Of a DNA stretch of 64,000 nt, positions 28,005 to 36,048 are shown piece after piece. The notes below the pieces were generated by a model. That model worked only from the letters and a program-made list of their open reading frames with translations. It was not told the DNA's origin and did no database searches. Every line of letters begins with the position of its first letter. Within the stretch, counting starts at the first letter, position 1. A program made the position numbers and the translations under genes. The DNA lies in the IMG/VR virus record IMGVR_UViG_3300032246_002821, positions 1 through 64,000 of that record, one strand, 5' to 3'. The stretch comes from a virus.

Positions 28005-28714
28005 CCAAACCTCACATTGATTATATGTTCATAATGTTTTTTAAAAAACCCACGATATAAAAGGTTTTTCTGAATCATATAATCAGTGCCGTTGAGATCA
28101 CTGCTGTATTTGGCCAGTTGTTTGAAATACATGGTACGACGCATTTCAGGACCCAGAACTGTTAAATCGTGATTGTCTTTTATCATGTATATATAGTTCT
28201 GCCAATTCTGTCTGTTATTTTTATCCCAATTGGTCTGGTCTATCACGATATAGTCTGCGTCGGTGTGGTGTGTGGTGGTTTCTGCTTGGCTACGCTTGTG
28301 AGGAGCGGCGTTCTTGTAATCCTGACAGGTGGTGATCAACCAGCCACGTGTGCTGTTTTTTAATTCACTCAATCTGTCTCGCTGTTCCAGTTCTGTCTCA
28401 GCATAAGTGAGGTATTCGTCCAGCGCCAGGCACAGATCTGCTGGCTCCTGCATCTGATCCAGGCTGTCGATAAATTTGCTGCTGCTACCCCAATAATGTT
28501 TCACAGACTGATCAGCAACAACCGTGCAGTCATATGTTTTTTCCAAACATAGCACTACAGGATTGAAACTGGGAAAGATTATTGTTTCTGGGACTTGGTC
28601 TAACGACTCTATTACTTTTACAAGTAATGCAGCTTTGGCTTCCGCTTGTTCTATCCATCTGGAAAGATCTGCAATCTGCTGGATCTGCATCCAGTATTTG
28701 GTATTGATCATCAC
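28001..28714 (-). CDS. Hypothetical protein (possible degenerate methyltransferase fold)
   Basis: 237-aa coupled ORF; no intact SAM motif. Confidence 0.5.
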   Translation of the reverse strand: MMINTKYWMQIQQIADLSRWIEQAEAKAALLVKVIESLDQVPETIIFPSFNPVVLCLEKTYDCTVVADQSVKHYWGSSSKFIDSLDQMQEPADLCLALDEYLTYAETELEQRDRLSELKNSTRGWLITTCQDYKNAAPHKRSQAETTTHHTDADYIVIDQTNWDKNNRQNWQNYIYMIKDNHDLTVLGPEMRRTMYFKQLAKYSSDLNGTDYMIQKNLLYRGFFKKHYEHIINVRFG

Positions 28715-28746
28715 GAATCCTCTAGAGATATTTAGTGGATTCAGTG

Positions 28747-28980
28747 TTATTTTACAAGCAAGCCCAGTTCTTTGAGCTCATCGTGCAGCACGAAGTCATC
28801 CGTGACCTGTTGTGTCTGACCTGCCTTGATATTTTTGATCAATCGTTCCACATCAGGAGCAGCCATGGTTGTGCATTTTTTGAAAGCCGCTCTGACTTTA
28901 CTCCAATCAATCGTGCCTCTAAATCCATAAATCAACATATTGTTTGCTCCTAGTATCGATGATACTAAAGAAGTTAACAC
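28747..28980 (-). CDS. Small hypothetical protein (weak bL12 C-terminal-domain resemblance)
   Basis: KVRAAFKKCTTM...VERLIKN...LHDELKELGLLVK. Confidence 0.4.
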   Translation of the reverse strand: MLTSLVSSILGANNMLIYGFRGTIDWSKVRAAFKKCTTMAAPDVERLIKNIKAGQTQQVTDDFVLHDELKELGLLVK

Positions 28981-28983
28981 TTG

Positions 28984-29673
28984 TCAATTAAAAATGTAAC
29001 GGCCATTAACTATTTTCACTGGCACAGGCTGTTGTGTGGATTCGAATACGTCATAGCCCTGTTTGAGTTGTTGCCAAAAGTCTGCGTTCTGACCTGACAT
29101 ACCAGATGCCCAGCCCATCCTGTGGGGATAGATCTGCAACTGAACAGTATGCTGTCCTGCCTGTAGCGCATCGCGGATACTGGCATACAAATCCTGCATA
29201 GGACCATCTTTGATGGCATAACAACCTATGCTACTGCAACCACCGTGGATCATCAGTGCCGACCCAGTATAGCCTTTGCTGCGGTCATAGGCATTGGGAA
29301 AACCAGTGTTAATGCTGAGCCATTCCCTGCTGTGTGGATTGAGACTGCTGATATTGATCTCATAAAAACCTTCAGGCGCCTGCCGATCACCTTCGCGTTT
29401 CTTGGGTCCTGGACCGCCACTGTATTTGCAGATCTCGAACGTGGCAACCAACACGAAACGATCGCCTTTGTGCCGCCACAATTCCAATTGATTCTCTTGT
29501 TTAAAGATCCTGACAAGTGCTGCCGCCCTGTCCGAGATGTTAGCAGTGCTGTTGCGATCTTTCATCCATTGGCTGGCGGCCACTTGGCCGCGAGCAGGAT
29601 GCCGGGGCTGATCAGGAACCGTGTGGGTACAGGCTGTGAGCAGCAATAATAGCAGTGATGCGAGTAATTTCAT
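28984..29673 (-). CDS. L,D-transpeptidase family lipoprotein (YafK/DpaA-like)
   Basis: Lipobox LTAC, RIFKQENQLELW, GPKKREGDRQAPEGFY, GFPNAYD, IHGGCSSIGCYA. Confidence 0.88.
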   Translation of the reverse strand: MKLLASLLLLLLTACTHTVPDQPRHPARGQVAASQWMKDRNSTANISDRAAALVRIFKQENQLELWRHKGDRFVLVATFEICKYSGGPGPKKREGDRQAPEGFYEINISSLNPHSREWLSINTGFPNAYDRSKGYTGSALMIHGGCSSIGCYAIKDGPMQDLYASIRDALQAGQHTVQLQIYPHRMGWASGMSGQNADFWQQLKQGYDVFESTQQPVPVKIVNGRYIFN

Positions 29674-30443
29674 GTCCAGAGGCTTTTGCGTACTGTAATG
29701 ATACGGATCAGCATTTCTTGATCTTGTTTTTCATACTGCTCTTCGATCTCACGAAGTTTAGTGAATGCTGTATCAGATTCTGCAATCTGTTCAGGTGTGA
29801 CATCCTCTGCCTTCTGCTTCCAGCTATAAGGATATTTCGCACAGTACGCGGTCCATCCGCTTGCTTCATGTGGATCAGGTCTGGTAGGGCGTGACTTAGC
29901 CCAGTCATAGACCAGCTTGACTTCTCTGGCACTGTTAGCTTGGGTGTCAGCGCGATTGTATTCGTCCAGTTCTGGACTGTCCAGACCCATCTCCCATTCC
30001 AGGTACTTGAGCCCCAGTCCAGGACAACGACCGTTGCGCCACTGTGCGTTCTCTACCTCATCACTGCCACACCACATATGTTTATATGCCAGCTCGATCT
30101 CCACATAGTCGATGATGGCATTTGCCAGTGCCGTCAGGATTCGCTCATCAGTGTCCCAGTATTCACCCACAGGACAATCGGTACGCAACTGATGTGATTT
30201 GCGATAGAAGCGATTGCGGATATAATAACGAGTGTTGTAATAGGGAGATGTAATAAAGTTGTATACATCTTCGATAAAATCTGGCAGGGTTTCAGTGAGG
30301 AACCAACCTACAGGATGTTCCTTTCGGATGCGAGCATTGATCTCGTCCCATTCGCCCAAGCCTGCCCATTGTGGTTTATCGATACCGAATCGCCGGCGTA
30401 GTGATTCTACCCACCCGCTATCGCCCAGATATAATCTTGCCAT
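29670..30443 (-). CDS. Hypothetical phage protein
   Basis: 257-aa ORF directly downstream of the tRNA. Confidence 0.65.
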   Translation of the reverse strand: MARLYLGDSGWVESLRRRFGIDKPQWAGLGEWDEINARIRKEHPVGWFLTETLPDFIEDVYNFITSPYYNTRYYIRNRFYRKSHQLRTDCPVGEYWDTDERILTALANAIIDYVEIELAYKHMWCGSDEVENAQWRNGRCPGLGLKYLEWEMGLDSPELDEYNRADTQANSAREVKLVYDWAKSRPTRPDPHEASGWTAYCAKYPYSWKQKAEDVTPEQIAESDTAFTKLREIEEQYEKQDQEMLIRIITVRKSLWT

Positions 30444-30459
30444 AATCGCCTTTAAATTT

Positions 30460-30534
30460 TGGTGCCGGTAGAGAGAATCGAACTCCCAATCTACTGATTA
30501 CAAATCAGTTGCCTTACCATTGGGCCATACCGGC
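30460..30534 (-). tRNA. tRNA-Thr(UGU)
   Basis: GCCGGTA/TACCGGC acceptor with encoded ACCA, anticodon arm ACTGA-TTTGTAA-TCAGT, T-loop TTCGATT. Confidence 0.95.
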
Positions 30535-30540
30535 ATATAA

Positions 30541-30906
30541 TTAATTATCTTCTGTAGGTACGACAAACATGATGCCGTCCCATTCCTTATTTACTTTAGC
30601 AGCTTCTGTACAAAAGTCAACTACTCTTTCATAAAATTCGTCTATCTCGCCACTGAATTGGCCACGTAAACTCTCGGCAATTTCAATAGCGCGATTCCAT
30701 TCGCCCGATTTATAAGCAGTGATCATCTCCTGATGCAGCCCTTTGTAGAAGGGCAAAGTGCTGATCTCTGCCAGATTGATGGCTTCAACCACGGCATATA
30801 AAACCATAGGTTTTTCCATACCAGGCTGTAGCAAAGTATCCAGTTCCAGGATGGTGTGTTTTTCTTTGAGTTGCTCTGCAACTGCGCTGTCAAAAATTAT
30901 GTTCAT
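30541..30906 (-). CDS. Stand-alone homolog of the adenylate cyclase C-terminal tail (no catalytic core)
   Basis: Aligns by eye with the last ~120 aa of 10736-12820: LD, HxxMxxAYK, LxGxFxGxxDxxYE, C, WDG. Confidence 0.75.
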   Translation of the reverse strand: MNIIFDSAVAEQLKEKHTILELDTLLQPGMEKPMVLYAVVEAINLAEISTLPFYKGLHQEMITAYKSGEWNRAIEIAESLRGQFSGEIDEFYERVVDFCTEAAKVNKEWDGIMFVVPTEDN

Positions 30907-30947
30907 AGTACCATTATATATAACTAATTATAACAAAGCAAGAAAAA

Positions 30948-31724
30948 ATGCATTTTGATTTATTAAGCGATCTACACGAAAACTGGTGGCCAGTGGACCA
31001 ACGTATGGACTATGCTGGATTGGGCACCAGTCTGCTGGCGGTGGTTGCTGGTGACATCAGCCAGGACTGGAATTACACCTACGACTATCTGGCCATTATG
31101 GCTAGACATTACCGTCACGTGATATTCGTGGATGGTAACCACGAGCATAATGGAGCCAATAACATACAGGCCAACTGTGACCTGTTCTCGGCTCGTATAA
31201 AAAACCTGGACAATGTCACCTATCTGCACAAGAGCGCAATCGTTCTGGATGACACTGCTTTCATCGGCTGCAACGGTTGGTGGACTTATGACTTTTGCGA
31301 GCCCGAGATGAGCAAACAGGATTGTTGGTTACAACTGCTGTTACAGACCAATGACGAATACAAGATGTCTGAAAATCTACACGTGGCCAGGGAGGAGTAT
31401 CGTTACCTGGTACAGCAATTACAGATATTCGATGCGGATTTTCGCATCAATAACATCGTGATCGTGACCCATACTGCACCGCTCAAGAAGTTCCGTTACA
31501 TTCCTGCCAGTATGAGTGAGGCAAATATGGGCAGAGCAGGCAACAGTTTTATGGCCAATGCGCTAAGATACAACACCAACAAAAAGATCCGTGCCTGGTG
31601 CTTCGGCCACGTACACAAACAATGGGACGAAACCATAGACGGTATCCGATATGTTTGCAATCCCCGTGGCAGGCCAGGAGACGATCTCAGCCCTGTGTAT
31701 TACCCTAAACTGATCGAAGTTTAA
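30948..31724 (+). CDS. Calcineurin-like metallophosphoesterase
   Basis: SDLH, AGD, GNHEH, VTHTAP and FGHVH metal-binding motifs. Confidence 0.9.
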   Translation: MHFDLLSDLHENWWPVDQRMDYAGLGTSLLAVVAGDISQDWNYTYDYLAIMARHYRHVIFVDGNHEHNGANNIQANCDLFSARIKNLDNVTYLHKSAIVLDDTAFIGCNGWWTYDFCEPEMSKQDCWLQLLLQTNDEYKMSENLHVAREEYRYLVQQLQIFDADFRINNIVIVTHTAPLKKFRYIPASMSEANMGRAGNSFMANALRYNTNKKIRAWCFGHVHKQWDETIDGIRYVCNPRGRPGDDLSPVYYPKLIEV

Positions 31725-32047
31725 CCTTCGGGTTCCAGTTTGACATTCAGTGGAAAGTTGTTGTTTCTAGCCAGCAGTGTCACTTCCACTGCCTTGCTTT
31801 CTGCGATCTCGAAAGGCAACAAAGCCACGCTGGCTTGCCCTTGTTCGTGGATCTTCATGGTGAGATCGGCTGCCGATTCTGGCGTGTGTTCGAACAGTTC
31901 CATCAGTACAGCGATGACAAAATCCATGCTTGTGACATTGTCATTGAGGAAAACCACGTTGTACCTAGGTGGTGGAACGATGTCCAACTTGGCTGCGATC
32001 TTATGTTTGGTCTTGGTAGCAGTGTCTGTGCTCATCTTATCCATCAC
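31721..32047 (-). CDS. clpS: ATP-dependent Clp protease adaptor ClpS
   Basis: PPRYNVVFLNDNVTSMDFVIAVL...IHEQGQA...AESKA...FPL. Confidence 0.92.
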   Translation of the reverse strand: MMDKMSTDTATKTKHKIAAKLDIVPPPRYNVVFLNDNVTSMDFVIAVLMELFEHTPESAADLTMKIHEQGQASVALLPFEIAESKAVEVTLLARNNNFPLNVKLEPEG

Positions 32048-32057
32048 TATTATTTAA

Positions 32058-32083
32058 CACAGCGGGCAAAATTACCCGCTGTG
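32058..32083. terminator. Hairpin between hsp20 and clpS
   Basis: CACAGCGGG-N8-CCCGCTGTG. Confidence 0.6.
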
Positions 32084-32099
32084 ATATTACTATAACACA

Positions 32100-32528
32100 T
32101 TAATTGATATATGCAATAGATATTTTTTGTGGTTTGTCTTCTTCAGGAATATGCTGTTCCAATTCGATAGTAAGCATACCATTCTTTACTGTGGCACTCT
32201 TTACTTCCACGTTGTCGGCCAGTTGCCAGCTGCGTTCGAACTTGCGGGTGGCGATGCCACGGTACAGGAAATTGCTTTCACTGGGTGTCTTGATCTCACC
32301 TGTGACAGTCAGCAATCCCTTGTGCAAGGTCACATCCAGATCTTCCTGTGTGAAGCCGGCCACTGCCACTTCTATACTGAAGATGTTTTCTTCGTTCTGG
32401 ATGATGTTGTAGGGAGGATAACCTGTGCTGTTTGTTACACTGGTAGTGGTGTGTAGGCGATTAAAGATGTCATCGAAACCTACGCTAACTCTGTGGAAGT
32501 CGTGAAGTTGCTGTAATAGATTAGTCAT
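32100..32528 (-). CDS. ibpA: Small heat-shock protein (Hsp20/IbpA family)
   Basis: VGFDDIF, GYPPYNI, IEVAVAGF, FLYRGIATRKFERSWQLAD, NGMLTIEL. Confidence 0.93.
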   Translation of the reverse strand: MTNLLQQLHDFHRVSVGFDDIFNRLHTTTSVTNSTGYPPYNIIQNEENIFSIEVAVAGFTQEDLDVTLHKGLLTVTGEIKTPSESNFLYRGIATRKFERSWQLADNVEVKSATVKNGMLTIELEQHIPEEDKPQKISIAYIN

Positions 32529-32583
32529 TGCTTGTTTCTCCTTTGTTAAGCAAGAATATCAGACGGCCCATAAAGGCACCGTC
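32529..32583 (-). promoter_or_regulatory. ROSE-like RNA thermometer in the hsp20 5' UTR
   Basis: UUCUU-G-CUU-aaca-AAG-GAGAA hairpin occludes the SD with a bulged G; upstream hairpin GACGG..CCGTC. Confidence 0.7.
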
Positions 32584-32607
32584 CAACATTATATATGCAT
32601 TCAGGTA

Positions 32608-32850
32608 TTAAAGTGCAATACCTGCCGTACGCATTTCTTTTAATTTTTTCTGCCAACGCTTCTGGGCACGTGCTTTGGCCTTCTTGCGCTTCTGGCTGGG
32701 TGTCTCGAAACGCTCGCGTTCGCGCAACGTCTGGAAGATACCATCGGATTGGATCTGTTTCTTCAATTTACGCAGGGCTTTGTTGACGTCGTTGTTGTGG
32801 ACTTCCACGAACAGGCCCTTCTGTTTTAGATCGGTTACTTCAAAGCTCAT
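32608..32850 (-). CDS. rpsU: Ribosomal protein bS21
   Basis: VEVHNNDVNKALRKLKK...RERFETPSQKRKKAKARAQKRW; likely start MSFEV at 32850. Confidence 0.9.
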   Translation of the reverse strand: MSFEVTDLKQKGLFVEVHNNDVNKALRKLKKQIQSDGIFQTLRERERFETPSQKRKKAKARAQKRWQKKLKEMRTAGIAL

Positions 32851-33238
32851 TTTTTCCCTCTTGGTGCTTCTGGTAATTAGCATATCTTTCGGCCAGCCAA
32901 GAATAAAGATCGAATGTCTGTCTGTGCGTGGCTTTGCCTATGGCATTGTCTCCCCAGGCCCACACATTATCTTGTGCCAGCAGATAGCCTTTCAGTATTT
33001 CTTTATTGCCCTGAAAGCGGCAATTTATCAAGCAGGCAGTGGCGTGTTTGGCTGCATTGATGCACCAGACATCGTCGGTCTCTTTGCTGCCATACAAGAA
33101 AACGGTCACGGGTTCAGGCATGGTTTTCACTATCTGACTGAAACGTTCCACATCCGACCATTCGCAATCCACTAGTAATATCTTGAAACGATTGCTCAGG
33201 TCCATATCAGGTACGGTTACTATCCTGCTTTCATCCAT
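32840..33238 (-). CDS. Hypothetical protein
   Basis: 132-aa coupled ORF. Confidence 0.55.
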   Translation of the reverse strand: MDESRIVTVPDMDLSNRFKILLVDCEWSDVERFSQIVKTMPEPVTVFLYGSKETDDVWCINAAKHATACLINCRFQGNKEILKGYLLAQDNVWAWGDNAIGKATHRQTFDLYSWLAERYANYQKHQEGKNEL

Positions 33239-34670
33239 TTGCCAGCTTTTCTTCTATGGCCACTTGTTCCGTGACAGTCAGTTCGTCCAGTTCGATCTCG
33301 CCTCGACCCAGCCTGCCTATCTGCCAGTGCTGCCAGTGTTCATCGTCAGTGTAACTGGTATTGGTGGCTTTGTCAACTTGGATCCAATTGGTGCCATTGA
33401 ATTTGTACAGCAGATCTGGTTTGCCGGTGTTGATGAACAACTGGCCTATCTCACCCGTATCTGGGAATTCGGGGCCCAGTATGCTGCTGTGAGCATTGGC
33501 TGTGAAATCTTCTGCGTCTGCCCCTGCGGCCTGTTCCTTGGCGATGTCTTGCACTGCTTGCAACTGTGATTGCAGATGATTGATAGTGTGTTGTTTGCTT
33601 TCATTCTCTGCCAGCATATGATCCAGTGCTGTGGTCAACTTACTGATGGTGGCATAGTCCGTGTTATCCACCACAGGTGGCTGAGCTTCCAACTTAACGA
33701 TGGCTTCTGCTAATTCTTCTTCCAGTCGCTGTATCTCTGAGTCATCTTTTATCAGCACTTCGCGTATGACTTCCACAGGCACCTGGACTTCTCGGATCAC
33801 CTCCACAGGCACTTCGACTATCTTTTGGATCACTTCAGGATCCTGATGCACTTCTGCTTCTGCCTGCGCTTGCTGTTCAGCTTGATCTTCTTTGCGACGG
33901 TTCATGACCATTGTCACACCCAATACCATCGCCACTGCCAGTGGATCGAATACAGCCACGATGACGATGATCACCCAACGAACCGCTCGTTCCATCATAT
34001 CTTTGTTGGCATTGTCGTCGTATATCAGCTGTGCGATATACTTGATGGGACCAACTTCGGCTTCCATTTTCAGTTGTTCTTGGTTCAGCTTGAGCTTTTG
34101 TCTGCTGAGTTCTGTGATGCGATTGTTACTGGCATCTATGCTGGCATTGAGGCTGTCGCGCTCTTTCTTCTGGCTGTCACGTAATTTGGTAGCTTGTGTT
34201 GCCATAGCCGCAGTGCGGTTGTTGTCACGATCAGCATTAGCCCCTGATCCTTTGAGCAGGCTGCCGACCGCATCGTCCATCTGTGCCATGACTTTTCGGG
34301 CATCGTCGATGCGTCTTTGTTCTATGGCAATGTTCTGGTCCACTTGTTGCACCAGTAGATCCCCGCCCCCAGCCTGGCTGGTCACCTCGATGTGAGCACG
34401 GCTCAGGAACCCGAAAATACCCATACTGGTGATGAACATCAGCACTATCACCGCCAAGCTCATGTAGCTTTTGAGCAGCCATTTCAGATGACCCCAATAG
34501 GTGTGTAGCCACACCGTGGTGACTATCTTGCCCACTTCCAACACACTTCCCATGATAACGATGGGCCAGAACACACCGCTGAATATGGCAGTGAGACCGT
34601 AAATGCTGTAGTATGCTGCCACTCCGCTGATGCTGAGCGCAGTCAATAGCGCGATATAATTTAAAAACAT
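33231..34670 (-). CDS. Multi-TM coiled-coil membrane protein
   Basis: Three N-terminal TMs, long coiled coil, VGPIKYIA, VFDPLAV TM, acidic C-terminus. Confidence 0.7.
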   Translation of the reverse strand: MFLNYIALLTALSISGVAAYYSIYGLTAIFSGVFWPIVIMGSVLEVGKIVTTVWLHTYWGHLKWLLKSYMSLAVIVLMFITSMGIFGFLSRAHIEVTSQAGGGDLLVQQVDQNIAIEQRRIDDARKVMAQMDDAVGSLLKGSGANADRDNNRTAAMATQATKLRDSQKKERDSLNASIDASNNRITELSRQKLKLNQEQLKMEAEVGPIKYIAQLIYDDNANKDMMERAVRWVIIVIVAVFDPLAVAMVLGVTMVMNRRKEDQAEQQAQAEAEVHQDPEVIQKIVEVPVEVIREVQVPVEVIREVLIKDDSEIQRLEEELAEAIVKLEAQPPVVDNTDYATISKLTTALDHMLAENESKQHTINHLQSQLQAVQDIAKEQAAGADAEDFTANAHSSILGPEFPDTGEIGQLFINTGKPDLLYKFNGTNWIQVDKATNTSYTDDEHWQHWQIGRLGRGEIELDELTVTEQVAIEEKLANG

Positions 34671-34673
34671 AAA

Positions 34674-35693
34674 TTATTTACCTGTTGTATCAAAGAATTT
34701 ACTGATGCTTTCTGGCATCTGTTGTCCACGACTTCGTTCCAGACTTGTCATATAATCCCAGAATAACACACGGTTCTGCAGATTGCAATCTAATAGTGGC
34801 AGTGACAACCGCTCACGTTCTGCAGGCAGCAACACATTGAGTTGTAAAAATTCCGGATCAGTGAGAGTGAATCTCTCCTGTGTGATGCCCAGATCTGTGA
34901 GATAATCAGCCAGTTGAGCCTGTCCCAGGATGCTGACTGCGTGTAGCACAGTATGCACACTGAGTCTGTTTGTGCATATAGATTGGAATTGTCGTAAATT
35001 ATCAGTTATCCTGTGCCAGCTGGCATTCCATCTGGTCCATTCGTAGCTGTCTGCGAAACCATCTATGCTGGCATTGATCCTCACGGCAGGATGCTCTATG
35101 AATTTTTTGGTTTTCCTGGTATTGTAGGTAAGATTGGTACTCAGGTTCATTGTGTCTATCTGATGATCCAGCAATAGCTGCTGCAACCACTCCACGATAT
35201 CATCATCATACAGTGGCTCGCCCCCCTGGATGTTGATGTTCAGGGGCATATCTATGGTATGGATGAAGCGTTGTATGCGCTCGCGTTGGCTGATGTGTAT
35301 GCTGAAACTTTTTAGTTTCTTTATCTTGTAGTAGCTTTTAAGATGTTCAGGCAGCTGGCTGATATCCTCACTCAACAGGCTGCTATATTCGGGCCTGCAC
35401 ATCAGGCACCTGAGATTGCACTGGTTGCCCACGTTTATGGTCAGGCTGTAATGGTTGGGTGTCTGGCTCAGGCCCAGCCTGGTGCTGATATCCCCTGCTG
35501 CTTCCGTGTGATGGCAGATGTCACAAAAATCGAATCCCGTGTAATTTTGCTGTTGCACATAGTGCATACGCTGCCGGCTGTCGACAAACGTCTGATCTGG
35601 TCTATCTTGTTGTACAGGATCATTGCAGCAAAGACCTATCTTGCCCACAGGATCGAATTTGGCCACCAGCCCTTTAAACGCCAGGCACTTCAT
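34674..35693 (-). CDS. Radical SAM protein (twitch-like N-terminus)
   Basis: NVGNQCNLRCLMCRPEYSS, QGGEPL, STN, SIDG. Confidence 0.85.
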   Translation of the reverse strand: MKCLAFKGLVAKFDPVGKIGLCCNDPVQQDRPDQTFVDSRQRMHYVQQQNYTGFDFCDICHHTEAAGDISTRLGLSQTPNHYSLTINVGNQCNLRCLMCRPEYSSLLSEDISQLPEHLKSYYKIKKLKSFSIHISQRERIQRFIHTIDMPLNINIQGGEPLYDDDIVEWLQQLLLDHQIDTMNLSTNLTYNTRKTKKFIEHPAVRINASIDGFADSYEWTRWNASWHRITDNLRQFQSICTNRLSVHTVLHAVSILGQAQLADYLTDLGITQERFTLTDPEFLQLNVLLPAERERLSLPLLDCNLQNRVLFWDYMTSLERSRGQQMPESISKFFDTTGK

Positions 35694-36048
35694 TATCTGC
35701 TACCACTATCCATCCTATACTTAATAGATCTGCTTTTATCTCGTCAATAACCGTGCCTTCGCCTGCCCTGGTGTTGTTATATTCATCAATCCCCATACCT
35801 GCACAATAGAATTCCAGATAATCTTCAGAGGCCATATTGTTGAATAACCTGCTTGCTATGCCTCCAGCATAACGCCAGCTGCAACTCCATCGTTCATCAG
35901 CCAACACGGGTTCCACCGCCAGTTTCTGGAATTCATTATTGCATAATGCAGCATAGAGGTTATGACAATACAAGTCATTACCAGCAGCTTTTTCCCTAAT
36001 ATATTTGCTATCGTACAGTTCACGTTCCAGATTATTGTTCATGACCAC
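35674..36048 (-). CDS. Conserved hypothetical phage protein
   Basis: NLYAALCNNEFQK...WSCSWRYAGGIA. Confidence 0.65.
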   Translation of the reverse strand: MVMNNNLERELYDSKYIREKAAGNDLYCHNLYAALCNNEFQKLAVEPVLADERWSCSWRYAGGIASRLFNNMASEDYLEFYCAGMGIDEYNNTRAGEGTVIDEIKADLLSIGWIVVADNEVPGV

